Assembly: GCA_042219425.1 (NCBI GenBank) | Contig: JBDGPY010000066.1 | Span: forward strand, 16,629 to 80,628 | DNA: 64,000 bases | Reading direction: 5' to 3' | Source: Haloarcula sp. | GTDB taxonomy: Archaea > Halobacteriota > Halobacteria > Halobacteriales > Haloarculaceae | Shown: piece by piece, positions 1 through 9,543 of the stretch | Layout of the letters: every line of letters starts with the position of its first letter | Position numbering within the stretch: position 1 is the first letter of the stretch | The notes under the pieces: model-generated | Told to the model about the DNA's origin: nothing | Databases searched by the model: none | The model's input: the letters and a program-made list of their open reading frames with translations, nothing else | Made by a program: the position numbers and the translations under genes

Positions 1-5
1 ATCGC

Positions 6-293
6 ATGACGGTCGAACGCACTGTGACGATTGTTCCGGAGGCCGGCCTTCACGCGCGTCCGGCGTCAGCGTTCGTCCAAGCCGTTAACGACCACGAGGC
101 CGAGGTCTCGGCAGGGCGTCCGGACGGTGACCTCGTCCAGGCGGCGAGTATGATCGCCGTCACCAGCCTTGGTGTCGGACAGGGCGACGATATCAAGTTG
201 GTCGCCGACGGCCCGGACGCAGAAGCCGTACTCGACGATCTAGAACGCATACTAACAACACCGGAGGCAGAACTGGAAACTGACGATGGCTGA
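6..293 (+). CDS. ptsH: PTS phosphocarrier HPr
   Basis: GLHARPA His15 motif and AASMIAV Ser46-like motif; 95 aa; overlaps the ptsI start. Confidence 0.95.
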   Translation: MTVERTVTIVPEAGLHARPASAFVQAVNDHEAEVSAGRPDGDLVQAASMIAVTSLGVGQGDDIKLVADGPDAEAVLDDLERILTTPEAELETDDG

Positions 294-1965
294 ACACATG
301 CTCCACGGGACCGGTGCCACGCCGCGCTCCGGCGTCGGAACGGTTGTCTGGTACGGTCGCGACATCTCGCTCCCGGACCCAGACGACGTTGAAGTCGATC
401 CCGAGACAGCAGTCCGGCGGTTCGCCGAGGCGGTCGACACCGCCCGCGCTGAACTGGAATCTGAGCGTGAGGCGACCGCCGAACGCGTCGGAGAAGACGA
501 GGCCGCTGTGTTCGACGCGCACATCCAGTTTCTCGAAGACCCGACTATCGAGGACGCCGTCGAGACGATGGTCGGCGACGGGCTCCCCGCACCGAACGCC
601 GTCGACGCCGCGTTCGGCGAACACATCGAGCAATTCGAGGGGATGGACGGCCGGATGGCCGAGCGCGCGGACGATCTCCGGGACGTGCGCGACCGACTTC
701 TCCGTCTGCTGACCGACGGCGAGCGAGTCGACCTCGGTGACCTACCTGAGGGAAGCGTCGTCCTCGCCGAGCGGCTGACACCCAGCGACACGGCGCAACT
801 CGACCCCGAACGCGTCGCCGGGTTCGCCACGGTCACTGGCGGACGGACATCCCACGCGGCGATTTTCGCCCGGTCGCTTGCGCTGCCAGCGGTCGTGGGT
901 GTCGGCGACAGGCTCGACATCGTTGAGGGCGGAACGGAAGTCGTTATCGACGGCGACAGCGGCGAGGTGCTGGTAGCCCCTGACGACGCCGAGCGAGCGG
1001 CCGCAGCAAGCGATTCGGGAGCCGCTGTCGTCGATGCGTCTGTCGAAACTACTGACGGACGACATGTCGAAGTGGCGGCAAATATTGGCCAGCCGGCAGA
1101 GCTGGAACCCGCAGCAGAACGGGGTGCTGATGGCGTTGGCCTCTACCGGACCGAGTTCCTTTTCCTCGATCGGGAGACGCCGCCGTCGGAAGACGAGCAG
1201 TACGAGACCATCCGGGAGGCGCTCGACATGTTCCCGGATGGGCGCGTCGTGGTCCGGACACTGGATATCGGTGGCGATAAACGCATTCCCTATCTCGACC
1301 TGCCGGAAGAAGAAAACCCCTTCCTCGGGGAGCGAGGAATTCGGCGCTCGCTCGCTCCGGATTCGGATCTGTTCGCCACGCAACTCCGTGCGCTCCTGCG
1401 CGCTGCTGCGGACGGAGCGGGAGACCTCGCCATCATGTTCCCGCTAGTCGCGACGGTCGAGGAACTCGACGCTGCACTCGACGCACTGGACGCAGCGGCG
1501 GCCGACATTGAAAATCACGACGCCGTTGATCCCGAAGTCGGCGTTATGATAGAAACGCCGAGTGCCGCTTTCATCGCCGAAGAACTCGCCGCACGAGTCG
1601 ATTTCCTCTCTATCGGGACGAACGACCTCACGCAGTACGTCATGGCTGCCGACCGCGAGAACGAGCGCGTCGGCGACCTGCACGATCCCACTCATCCGGG
1701 TGTCCTCCGTGCTATCCATCAGACAATTACCGCAGCCCATGCGGAAGACGTCTGGGTCGGGATGTGCGGCGAGATGGCCGGCGACCCCGATTTGACGGAG
1801 CTACTTGTCGGTCTCGGCCTCGACGAACTCAGCATGAGCGCCGTGACGATTCCGGATGTCAAGACAGCTGTCAGCGAAACTGAGTACAGTTCCGCGAGCG
1901 AGCGCGGGGACCGCGCCAGACTCGCCGCAACGCGAAGCGAAGTCCAGACCACACTAGACACATGA
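286..1965 (+). CDS. ptsI: PTS enzyme I (PEP-protein phosphotransferase)
   Basis: GGRTSHAAI phospho-His motif, GVGLYRTEFLF, RTLDIGGDK, SIGTNDLTQY, GMCGE. Confidence 0.97.
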   Translation: MAEHMLHGTGATPRSGVGTVVWYGRDISLPDPDDVEVDPETAVRRFAEAVDTARAELESEREATAERVGEDEAAVFDAHIQFLEDPTIEDAVETMVGDGLPAPNAVDAAFGEHIEQFEGMDGRMAERADDLRDVRDRLLRLLTDGERVDLGDLPEGSVVLAERLTPSDTAQLDPERVAGFATVTGGRTSHAAIFARSLALPAVVGVGDRLDIVEGGTEVVIDGDSGEVLVAPDDAERAAAASDSGAAVVDASVETTDGRHVEVAANIGQPAELEPAAERGADGVGLYRTEFLFLDRETPPSEDEQYETIREALDMFPDGRVVVRTLDIGGDKRIPYLDLPEEENPFLGERGIRRSLAPDSDLFATQLRALLRAAADGAGDLAIMFPLVATVEELDAALDALDAAAADIENHDAVDPEVGVMIETPSAAFIAEELAARVDFLSIGTNDLTQYVMAADRENERVGDLHDPTHPGVLRAIHQTITAAHAEDVWVGMCGEMAGDPDLTELLVGLGLDELSMSAVTIPDVKTAVSETEYSSASERGDRARLAATRSEVQTTLDT

Positions 1966-2396
1966 AACTCGTCGCAGTCACCTCCTGCCCGACTGGGATC
2001 GCACACAGTCAAATGGCAGCAGAGAACCTCGAACAGACAGCCGAGGAACAGGGTCACGATATCAAGGTAGAAGTACAGGGAGCGATGGGCGCGGAGAACG
2101 AACTCTCTGACGCGGACATTAAAGCCGCCGACGCAGCCATCATCGCCTCAGATACATCGGTCAGCCAGGACCGATTCAGCGGTGTCCCGCTAATCAAAGG
2201 CACCGTCAAGGACGCCGTTAACGACGCCGAAGGAATGATCGCTGATGCCATCGAGGCCACAGACGGCGACGCGCCGGACACCCAGACTGAATCTGACGGG
2301 CCCGATACCACGGATACAGGAACCGACCAGCAACGCCGTCGCGGCGGTGACCGCTCGAAGAGCCTTGTTGCGCGACTGAAGCGTCTGTTCAGTTGA
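1962..2396 (+). CDS. ptfB: Fructose-type PTS EIIB component
   Basis: TSCPTGIAHSQMAAE catalytic Cys motif, KVEVQGA; ATGA overlap with ptsI; order matches haloarchaeal fructose PTS operons. Confidence 0.9.
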   Translation: MKLVAVTSCPTGIAHSQMAAENLEQTAEEQGHDIKVEVQGAMGAENELSDADIKAADAAIIASDTSVSQDRFSGVPLIKGTVKDAVNDAEGMIADAIEATDGDAPDTQTESDGPDTTDTGTDQQRRRGGDRSKSLVARLKRLFS

Positions 2397-2425
2397 GACG
2401 CACCGATCCCGCTGATTGGGCACCG

Positions 2426-3661
2426 CTATTCGGTGAGCGCAGTTAGTTCCTCTCTGAGCGTGTCGGCTATTTGCCCCCTGTCGTAGTTCGACTTGACGTG
2501 GTGATATCCGGCGGTTCCCATGGAATTTTCCCGTTCCTGGTCCGCAAGCGCCGCCTCGATGGCAGTCGCGATGGCTTCAGGCTCTGTTTCAGCGTGCACT
2601 CCGCCGCCGGAATTGGCCACGAACCGCCGGATTTCCCCCCGGCCGGTCACGACTATGGGCACCCGACACGCAAGATACTCATACACTTTGGTCGGCATGG
2701 CGTAGGCCAGTTCTCCCGTCGGCCGCAACGGTGCCAATCCGACAGCGGCGTTGTTGATGACTGCAGGGACCTCCTCACGGTCGACGAGGCCCGCGAACCT
2801 CACTGTCCCATCGAGGTTCAGTTCGTCGGTCACCTCTCTGAGCCGCGACCGCTCGTCGCCATCGCCGACGAGGAGCAGTTCGACATCGTCCCGTGCCACG
2901 TGCTCCATTGCACGGATGCAGGGCTCAAGCGCCTGGGCACTCCCGATATTACCGGTGTACACTATCGTCGGTCCAGAACCGGATCGAACCGGCGTCTCGG
3001 AGCCGATGTCCATCGGCCTGAACAGGTCACAGTCCACGCCGTTTGGAATATGCCGGATCTTGGACTCCAACCGCTCACCGTACGTCTCACAGATGGCTCC
3101 GCCGAGCTTTTGCGTGGTAACCGTTACTCTGTCGGCGGTCTGCAACACAAGTCGTTGAAACCTCCGGCTCACACGGACCAGCACGCTGTCCTCCGAAATG
3201 TACCCTAGGGCCACGGAGTTCTCGATCCACAGGTCCCGAACGTCGACGACCCAGGGGATGCCAAGCAGGGCACTGGCAAAGCCGGGAATGCCAGTCGTGA
3301 TCGGCGGCGTGGATGTGATGACCACGTCAGTCTGGCGGTGGTTGGAGAGGATCCAGACCGCTGCATGGAACGCGAAAATAAGATAGTACAGCGACCGTGA
3401 GAGCAGTCCCGGATTCTCTCGTCGGGGCTGCCACGACCAGAGTCGCCGAACCGTAACGCCCTCGTCGTCACGCCGGGTACACCGTTGCCAGCTCATGGGG
3501 AAGTTTCCGGGTGGATAGCACGGCGGGGGCGACAGCACCGTCACCGCAGTTGCTTCGTCTGTGAGGTTCACCGCTGTGTCGTGGATCCTAGAGGCGTTCC
3601 CTCCTTTCTCCGGCGGGTACCGCTGTGAAACGATGACGTACTGTGCCCGCTCGCTATTCAT
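2426..3661 (-). CDS. GT4 glycosyltransferase (WbuB/WcaI-like)
   Basis: YPPEKGG N-terminus, TSTPP, DVRDLW, YTGNIGSAQAL, PTKVYEYLA. Confidence 0.9.
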   Translation of the reverse strand: MNSERAQYVIVSQRYPPEKGGNASRIHDTAVNLTDEATAVTVLSPPPCYPPGNFPMSWQRCTRRDDEGVTVRRLWSWQPRRENPGLLSRSLYYLIFAFHAAVWILSNHRQTDVVITSTPPITTGIPGFASALLGIPWVVDVRDLWIENSVALGYISEDSVLVRVSRRFQRLVLQTADRVTVTTQKLGGAICETYGERLESKIRHIPNGVDCDLFRPMDIGSETPVRSGSGPTIVYTGNIGSAQALEPCIRAMEHVARDDVELLLVGDGDERSRLREVTDELNLDGTVRFAGLVDREEVPAVINNAAVGLAPLRPTGELAYAMPTKVYEYLACRVPIVVTGRGEIRRFVANSGGGVHAETEPEAIATAIEAALADQERENSMGTAGYHHVKSNYDRGQIADTLREELTALTE

Positions 3662-3761
3662 CGGAAATTCTCAGTTCACTGTCGCTCGGAAACAGTCGGA
3701 GCCCTGTCGATATCGGTGGACCATCGGAGTGGTGCTGGTCAAAACCTGTCCTCCATCGCAT
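3654..3761 (-). CDS. Putative leader micro-ORF, 35 aa (MRWRTGFDQHHSDG...ISDE)
   Basis: Hand-translated; ATG ~30 nt below AT-rich TACTAATA (3791-3798); stop overlaps the GT4 start as ATGAATAG. Confidence 0.35.
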   Translation of the reverse strand: MRWRTGFDQHHSDGPPISTGLRLFPSDSELRISDE

Positions 3762-4067
3762 TGATTACCGGAACAAACCGGGAAGACGCGTATTAGTATC
3801 CGTTCGATACTTCTACGGAAGCCATCGTAGGAAATGACTGAGCGTTCCAACGCGGTGTTATTGAGTCTCTACTCGGGCTGTAGGGTATTCTAAACGGTAT
3901 CGATGATGAAGGGACATTTCAACTCCATTACCGTACGAGTATCCAGTGCTTACTTCCCGGCTGCCAAATTCACACGCTGTAGTTCAGATAAGAGAAGTCG
4001 TATTCGTGAAAGGGAGCCAGTAGGTGAGAGATATTTTTATACCCCGACCTCGTCAATTGAGTAACAA

Positions 4068-5396
4068 ATGCCGACACGTCGGCAACTTCTCAAATCGGGG
4101 ATGTTCGCCGGGATTCTCGGTGTAGCGGGCTGTCAGAGCTTTCAGGGAAGCCAGCGACCCCGGGAAACTAACGTAACTGAGACGCCGGGACAGGATTCGA
4201 CTCAGTCGGCACAGACTCGACAGTCGACGCAGACTTCGACGGACTCTTCACACCACGACATCCGGGACTACGGGGCAAGGGTGGATGGGGAGACGGACGA
4301 TACGGGTGCCATCAACGACGCGTTGGCAGCCACGGGTCCGGGAGAGACAGTCGTGTTTCCGGCCGGAAAAACGCGGGTCTGGGCCAATGAGCGCGGCGCG
4401 ATAACGCTGGATGGGTCAGTTGCGGATGATGTCACGATCACTGGCGCAGGTCGGTCCACGGTCGTCGAGTTGCTTAGCACGAACGATTCGCGAAACCAGT
4501 GGTGTTTCGGTATCGACGGATCCGGGAGCCCGATCCGCGGATTGACGATCCGGAACATGCGCATCTCCGGCAATAAACATGAGAATTCGAACCGGTCAGC
4601 CTTCGGAATAAACATGTATCCGGGCGGGACCGGACACTCGATACTAATCGAGGACATCGAGACCTTCGACAGCTCGGGCAAGGGGCTATCAGTCAACGGG
4701 GGCGAAATCCGACTCAACCGGATCACCAGCCACGGGAACACCGGGCATGGGATCAATCTGAAGGGCGCGAACACCGAATGGGGCTCCGTTCCGGTCACCG
4801 TGACCAACGCCGTCTGCGTTGACAACGCCGGAACGGGAATCGACCACAACGAGGGGTCTGCAAGTATTGATGGGTTCTGGCTGGAGAATAACGCGGGCGG
4901 AAACAAAGTTACATCGAAAGCCAAGGAGTCCTGGTGGCGAAACGGGACCTTCCTGCGGAACGGCATCGGCGGGTTTCGGTACAACGGTCCGGTCGAGACG
5001 CAGGATTACAATCCGATGCGGATCCACCTCGATGACCTCCTCTCGGTGGAGAATCACCACTCGGGCTTTTACTTCGCCGGTGACGTGCGATACGACATCG
5101 GGACGATCGTCGCACGGCGGAACAACACGGGCAATGAGGACAGAGGCAACGTCCACATAACGGGCCAGGCCGACATCGACGCCGAGGCGATATACTCAGA
5201 AAACGCGCTGCACGGGTACGGGCTGTTTTACTACTCCGATAGCAATTCGAACGCCGAACTATACCAGCATACGGGCAACCCCGAAAAGAGCATCGGGGGG
5301 AACCTCAAAAACCTGCAACTCGAAGAATCAGTTGAGGGTGCCGCGCCGGATATCTCCACTCCATCGAAGTCGGATCTCGGTGCTGCCTTCCACTGA
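4068..5396 (+). CDS. Tat-exported lipoprotein with pectin-lyase-like right-handed beta-helix
   Basis: TRRQLLK twin-Arg, VAGC lipobox, Thr/Gln linker, DYGARVDGETDDTGAI pectate_lyase_3-like start, G/N-rich repeats; TTTTTATA 27 nt upstream. Confidence 0.8.
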   Translation: MPTRRQLLKSGMFAGILGVAGCQSFQGSQRPRETNVTETPGQDSTQSAQTRQSTQTSTDSSHHDIRDYGARVDGETDDTGAINDALAATGPGETVVFPAGKTRVWANERGAITLDGSVADDVTITGAGRSTVVELLSTNDSRNQWCFGIDGSGSPIRGLTIRNMRISGNKHENSNRSAFGINMYPGGTGHSILIEDIETFDSSGKGLSVNGGEIRLNRITSHGNTGHGINLKGANTEWGSVPVTVTNAVCVDNAGTGIDHNEGSASIDGFWLENNAGGNKVTSKAKESWWRNGTFLRNGIGGFRYNGPVETQDYNPMRIHLDDLLSVENHHSGFYFAGDVRYDIGTIVARRNNTGNEDRGNVHITGQADIDAEAIYSENALHGYGLFYYSDSNSNAELYQHTGNPEKSIGGNLKNLQLEESVEGAAPDISTPSKSDLGAAFH

Positions 5397-5453
5397 GCGT
5401 CGCCCTCGCTGTTTTCACCGGTCACGGGACAACGCACGGAGGCGGTTCGTGTA

Positions 5454-6623
5454 TCAGGTAGTATCCGTGACTGAGCGAATGTAGGCCTCGTAGCGATCTG
5501 CGCCCGCCTCGGTAGAGAAGTGTTCGGCGCGTGCGTGACTCTTCTCCGCAGGCATCGGGGCCTCCAGTGCGTTTTCGATGCCCGCCGCGAGTTCGGCCGG
5601 TTCTCCGACCGGCGTGAGCCGTCCGTACTTCCCGTCCACGAGTATCTCACGTGGTCCGTATCGACAGTCTGTAGACACGACCGTACACCCGCAGGCCAAC
5701 GCTTCGATGAGAGCGGTCGGGAGTCCCTCCGACTTCGACGATAACACGAATACGCTCGAGGACTGCATGTACGGGTACGGATTATCCCTGTACCCCGGAA
5801 AGGAGACGCGCTCAGCCACCCCCCGGTCACGTGCAAGCTGCTCCAGACGGTCACGCTCCGGTCCTTTGCCGACGATGATGAGCCGTGTCTCCGGTCGCGA
5901 TTCAGTCACCGATGCGAAAGCCCTGATCAGCGTCGCGTAATCCTTGACCGGTTTCAAGCGTCCGACACTCACTATCGGTTCGACATCCGGGTTATCGAGC
6001 CACCGGTGTTCGGTCGGTTCATCCGCCTTCGACCGAATGGACTCCACGTCGACCGGATTGTGGAGAACAGTCGGTTCCCCAGGTGCGAGAGCGGTGTTGT
6101 CAACGACGCTCTCGGCGACGCCCTCTGAGACGGCGATTACGTCATCGGCGAACCGATACAGTTGCGCCGCGAGCGTGCCCGTCACTCTGTCTTTGCGGGT
6201 CTGATACCTGTCGAACACGCTGTGTTCCGTGACTGCGATGTGTACGTCTTCAGCCGCGAGTCCGCCGGCCAGTATCGCTGCGACGTTCGTGTGCGTCCGG
6301 CTCACGAACAGCACCGCTGGCTGAGCCGTTTCGAGATACGTGGCAAGCCGGCCGACGCCAGAGAGGACACCGAGGGTGGGCACATCTGGCAGGCCCAGTT
6401 CAACCGTGTTGACGACATCGTCTATCATCGGCACGAACTCGCCCTCAAGCTCACCAGCCACGAGGGTAACCTCGTGGCCGCGCCGGGCCAGACTGTTAGC
6501 AATGGTGACCGTGACGCGCTGTGCGCCACCGAAGTCGGGGGCCGGTGTGAAGAACGCGACCCGGGGAAGCTCGCTGGCCTCTTGGATCCCGTCACTCGGC
6601 GAAAATTGTGTCTTCTGGCTCAT
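5454..6623 (-). CDS. GT4 glycosyltransferase
   Basis: GGAQRV, VGRLKPVKDY, SKSEGLPTALIEALACG; start placed at ATG 6623 behind GGGAGGG. Confidence 0.92.
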   Translation of the reverse strand: MSQKTQFSPSDGIQEASELPRVAFFTPAPDFGGAQRVTVTIANSLARRGHEVTLVAGELEGEFVPMIDDVVNTVELGLPDVPTLGVLSGVGRLATYLETAQPAVLFVSRTHTNVAAILAGGLAAEDVHIAVTEHSVFDRYQTRKDRVTGTLAAQLYRFADDVIAVSEGVAESVVDNTALAPGEPTVLHNPVDVESIRSKADEPTEHRWLDNPDVEPIVSVGRLKPVKDYATLIRAFASVTESRPETRLIIVGKGPERDRLEQLARDRGVAERVSFPGYRDNPYPYMQSSSVFVLSSKSEGLPTALIEALACGCTVVSTDCRYGPREILVDGKYGRLTPVGEPAELAAGIENALEAPMPAEKSHARAEHFSTEAGADRYEAYIRSVTDTT

Positions 6624-6625
6624 AC

Positions 6626-6730
6626 TCAGCCCTCCCGTCTGTCCGGTTCGAACGCCGCTGTGCCACCGGAATTTACACTCACCGTCGGTCCGTCTCTGGC
6701 CGAGCAATGGCTGTGATCGTCACCTGTCAT
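6626..6730 (-). CDS. Putative micro-ORF, 34 aa (MTGDDHSHCSARDG...REG)
   Basis: Hand-translated; stop 2 nt before GT4 ATG 6623; start lies within the end of the 6720-6806 micro-ORF. Confidence 0.35.
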   Translation of the reverse strand: MTGDDHSHCSARDGPTVSVNSGGTAAFEPDRREG

Positions 6731-6806
6731 GCCTTCGTGGGCAGCCCATTCGAACGCGATACCGCCCCGGAGAGACATTCGCGTGGCTCTGACTGGCACC
6801 TGTCAT
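6720..6806 (-). CDS. Putative leaderless micro-ORF, 28 aa (MTGASQSHANVSPG...HDR)
   Basis: ATG ~26 nt below AT-rich TATTACTA (6832-6839); starts with the same ATGACAGGTG as the next micro-ORF. Confidence 0.3.
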   Translation of the reverse strand: MTGASQSHANVSPGRYRVRMGCPRRHDR

Positions 6807-6944
6807 ACGTGGAGTATCCGACAGTCTCGTATAGTAATATATTCATTACTGCGGCGTCCTACACGAATTTCTGTTAGCGAGTCCCTGTTCGTTGAAATCC
6901 TGCGCAAGGAGCGATCACTGTCCCCGCCGGCCCGCTCAGGAGGG

Positions 6945-6952
6945 TATAACAA
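6945..6952 (+). promoter_or_regulatory. Non-canonical TATA-like box TATAACAA
   Basis: 28 nt upstream of ATG 6980; same octamer at 11129 and 30948. Confidence 0.5.
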
Positions 6953-6979
6953 AGGGGTGTGGCTGTCTCCGTGGCCCGT

Positions 6980-7111
6980 ATGCGCCGGAGAACACGGTCC
7001 GAAGGGGCTTGCTCCAATCGCCGCCGAGCCGACCCCGAAGTGATCAGATCCCACCCGATCGATGCGGACGGCGGCCGTCATTGCCGTCACGGAGGGATGG
7101 TTCGTGAGTGA
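6980..7111 (+). CDS. Putative leaderless micro-ORF, 43 aa (MRRRTRSEGACS...ADGG...VRE)
   Basis: Hand-translated; stop overlaps the GT4 GTG as GTGAGTGA; internal GGAGG 8 nt before that GTG. Confidence 0.4.
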   Translation: MRRRTRSEGACSNRRRADPEVIRSHPIDADGGRHCRHGGMVRE

Positions 7112-8180
7112 CCGCGTCCTGGCGATCGGGCCACGGTCGCCGCCGATTACAGGCCCCGGATTGAAAAACAAGTACATCCAGCAGGGTCTGGAGAACCACG
7201 GGCTGGAGGTCCACTGGGTGAACACGCTGGAGCAACGGCCACGAACCGTCTTCGACATACTGCGGAACGCGTTGACCTACGACGCGTATATCCTGAGTGC
7301 CTCCACGAAAGTCCGCCTCTGTATCGCCCCCGTCCTGGCTCCGAAACTCCGCTCTCCAGCGGTCAACGGTGCGCTATTCCCGGCCGGCGGAGAGTTTGCC
7401 GAGGAGCTGGCTTCGCTCCCGGCATCGGTCCGAGAGTTCTACGTCCGGACATTCTCGCTGTTCGACGGCATCTACCCGCAGACCGACGCGCTGGCTGGCA
7501 AACTCCAGAGGCTATTCGGTCAGGGGACGGCGATCAGGACGGTCCCGAACCTGCGTCCGATCCCGAAGACATCCCCGGTACGCGACAGTGATCGGGAGCC
7601 TCAGGATCGTCCGTTGCGGTTGGCATACGTGGGCCGGGTCAAAGCGTCGAAAGGACTTGACGACCTCCTGGAAGCGTTTTCGACGGTTCGCGAGCGGGGG
7701 GTCAACGCGGTGCTTGATATCTACGGCCACTTCCTCCCAAACGACTCCTACAGGGAGTCGTTTCTGGAGACCTGTAGCCACACCGCCGGGGTCAGTTTCC
7801 GCGGCAAACTCCCGAACGAGGCCGTCATCCCGACGCTGCGGGACGCGGATGTCTTCGTTTTCCCGACCGTGTACGACGGCGAGGGATTCCCGGGCGTACT
7901 CGTGGAGGCCTTTGCTGCCGGCTGTCCGGTCATCGCAACGGACTGGAACTACAACGGAGACATCGTCACGCCTACTGTCGATGGCTTGCTGTACGACCCC
8001 CATGACGTGGAAACGCTGGCTGGTCACATCGAACGTCTCGCGACCGACGCCGAGACCCTCGAATCCATGCAGCATAACGCCTACCGGACAGCCAAATCAT
8101 ACAGCGTCGAACGCGTTAGCGACCGAATCGTCGACTACCTGACTGAGGCCGGCTGGACATTCTCCCGGTCCGTCCACTGA
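7104..8180 (+). CDS. GT4 glycosyltransferase
   Basis: YVGRVKASKG, EGFPGVLVEAFAAGCPVI; GTG start after GGAGG (ATG 7062 is an alternative). Confidence 0.9.
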   Translation: MSDRVLAIGPRSPPITGPGLKNKYIQQGLENHGLEVHWVNTLEQRPRTVFDILRNALTYDAYILSASTKVRLCIAPVLAPKLRSPAVNGALFPAGGEFAEELASLPASVREFYVRTFSLFDGIYPQTDALAGKLQRLFGQGTAIRTVPNLRPIPKTSPVRDSDREPQDRPLRLAYVGRVKASKGLDDLLEAFSTVRERGVNAVLDIYGHFLPNDSYRESFLETCSHTAGVSFRGKLPNEAVIPTLRDADVFVFPTVYDGEGFPGVLVEAFAAGCPVIATDWNYNGDIVTPTVDGLLYDPHDVETLAGHIERLATDAETLESMQHNAYRTAKSYSVERVSDRIVDYLTEAGWTFSRSVH

Positions 8181-8274
8181 CATGGTCAGGCGGTAAACTC
8201 ACTGGTCAGATTGTCCCGATGGGCGGTACGTATGGCCTACTAAACTACCTGGGAGACGTTGTGCCGTCTACACG

Positions 8275-9525
8275 ATGGTCGTCAACTCAGTGAGTCTGGC
8301 ATACTGCTATGGCTGTCGGAACGCCGGTGATTTCGCTATCAACCAGGGATCGATAGAACTCCTGAGCCGCACGCTCCCGGACGCGGACTTCGCCGGGGTA
8401 TCACGGTTTTCGGAGGAATCAGAGGAGTTTCACCGGCTCGTAGAAGCATTCGACAGAACTTGCGTGCCGGACCAGCTATCCGGGGGACCGGTCACGTATG
8501 ACCCCAAGTCCCAGTCGCGGGTCGAGCAGTTGTTCTCCCTCGTCGGCAGCGGCGTCCGATACGGCGCTGACATGACCGGGTTCGCTGACGACGCATCGTT
8601 TCACTCGACGCTCTACCGACAGATCGCGAACTCCGACCTGTTGCTTTTCAACGGCGGCAACGCGATCCACTACTCGCCGAGTCACCAGAGCATCGCGTAT
8701 CTGCTCGCTATCCTGTATCCCCTGCACGTCGCGCGCCGGACACAGACCCCGTACGCGATACTTCCACAGACAATATTCGGCCTCGAAGGGCTTGGGAAGC
8801 GCCTGGTCGTTCCGATACTGAACGACGCCGAGTTCGTCATGACCAGGGACGACGAAACCTTCCGATACCTGTCCAGCTTCGGGCTCGAAACGTCGCTCAT
8901 CAATGCCCTCGATACGGCGTTTCTGAACGGGACACCGGACGCGTCTGGAACTGAGACCAACGAGCCGTCACGCATCGCTGCGGTACCACGGTTCTCCACA
9001 CTGGGGGACACCGGGGAACTGGGCGATACAGTCGAACGGATGGAACAGACGTTCCTGAACACCCTCGAATCGATGGTCGAGGAGGGACACGACGTTACCC
9101 TCACTGTCCAGACGGAAATGGACGCCCGGTGGGCGGCGGACAACCGTGATCGGATTGCAGCGATGGGCCTGAACTACGTTGAGGACTACGACCCGCAGGC
9201 GCTTCGAGACCACTACCGGCAGATGGACCTGCTCGTCACGATGCGACTGCACGCCGGTATCTTCGCCCTGTCGGTCGGCACACCGACGGTAGGCGTGTAT
9301 CGCCCCGAATGGGGACCAAAAATGCCGGGCACGTTCGAAACGCTGGACATCGGTACCTACGCGATGACCTGGGAGGAGGCGTCAGAGGAGACGCTCCGGA
9401 CCGCAATGATCGATGCACTCGACGAGGCTGACACTCTGTCGGACCATATCGCATCCAACGTCGACGTACGGAACAAACAGATGGCCAGCGACTTTGCTAC
9501 GGCGGTCAAGCACGTCTCCCAGTAG
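8275..9525 (+). CDS. Polysaccharide pyruvyl transferase (WcaK/CsaB-like)
   Basis: NAGDFAI, NGGN, PQTI, TRDDET, DTAF, MRLHAGIFALSVGTP. Confidence 0.85.
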   Translation: MVVNSVSLAYCYGCRNAGDFAINQGSIELLSRTLPDADFAGVSRFSEESEEFHRLVEAFDRTCVPDQLSGGPVTYDPKSQSRVEQLFSLVGSGVRYGADMTGFADDASFHSTLYRQIANSDLLLFNGGNAIHYSPSHQSIAYLLAILYPLHVARRTQTPYAILPQTIFGLEGLGKRLVVPILNDAEFVMTRDDETFRYLSSFGLETSLINALDTAFLNGTPDASGTETNEPSRIAAVPRFSTLGDTGELGDTVERMEQTFLNTLESMVEEGHDVTLTVQTEMDARWAADNRDRIAAMGLNYVEDYDPQALRDHYRQMDLLVTMRLHAGIFALSVGTPTVGVYRPEWGPKMPGTFETLDIGTYAMTWEEASEETLRTAMIDALDEADTLSDHIASNVDVRNKQMASDFATAVKHVSQ

Positions 9526-9543
9526 CGGACTACCGTGGTTGGA

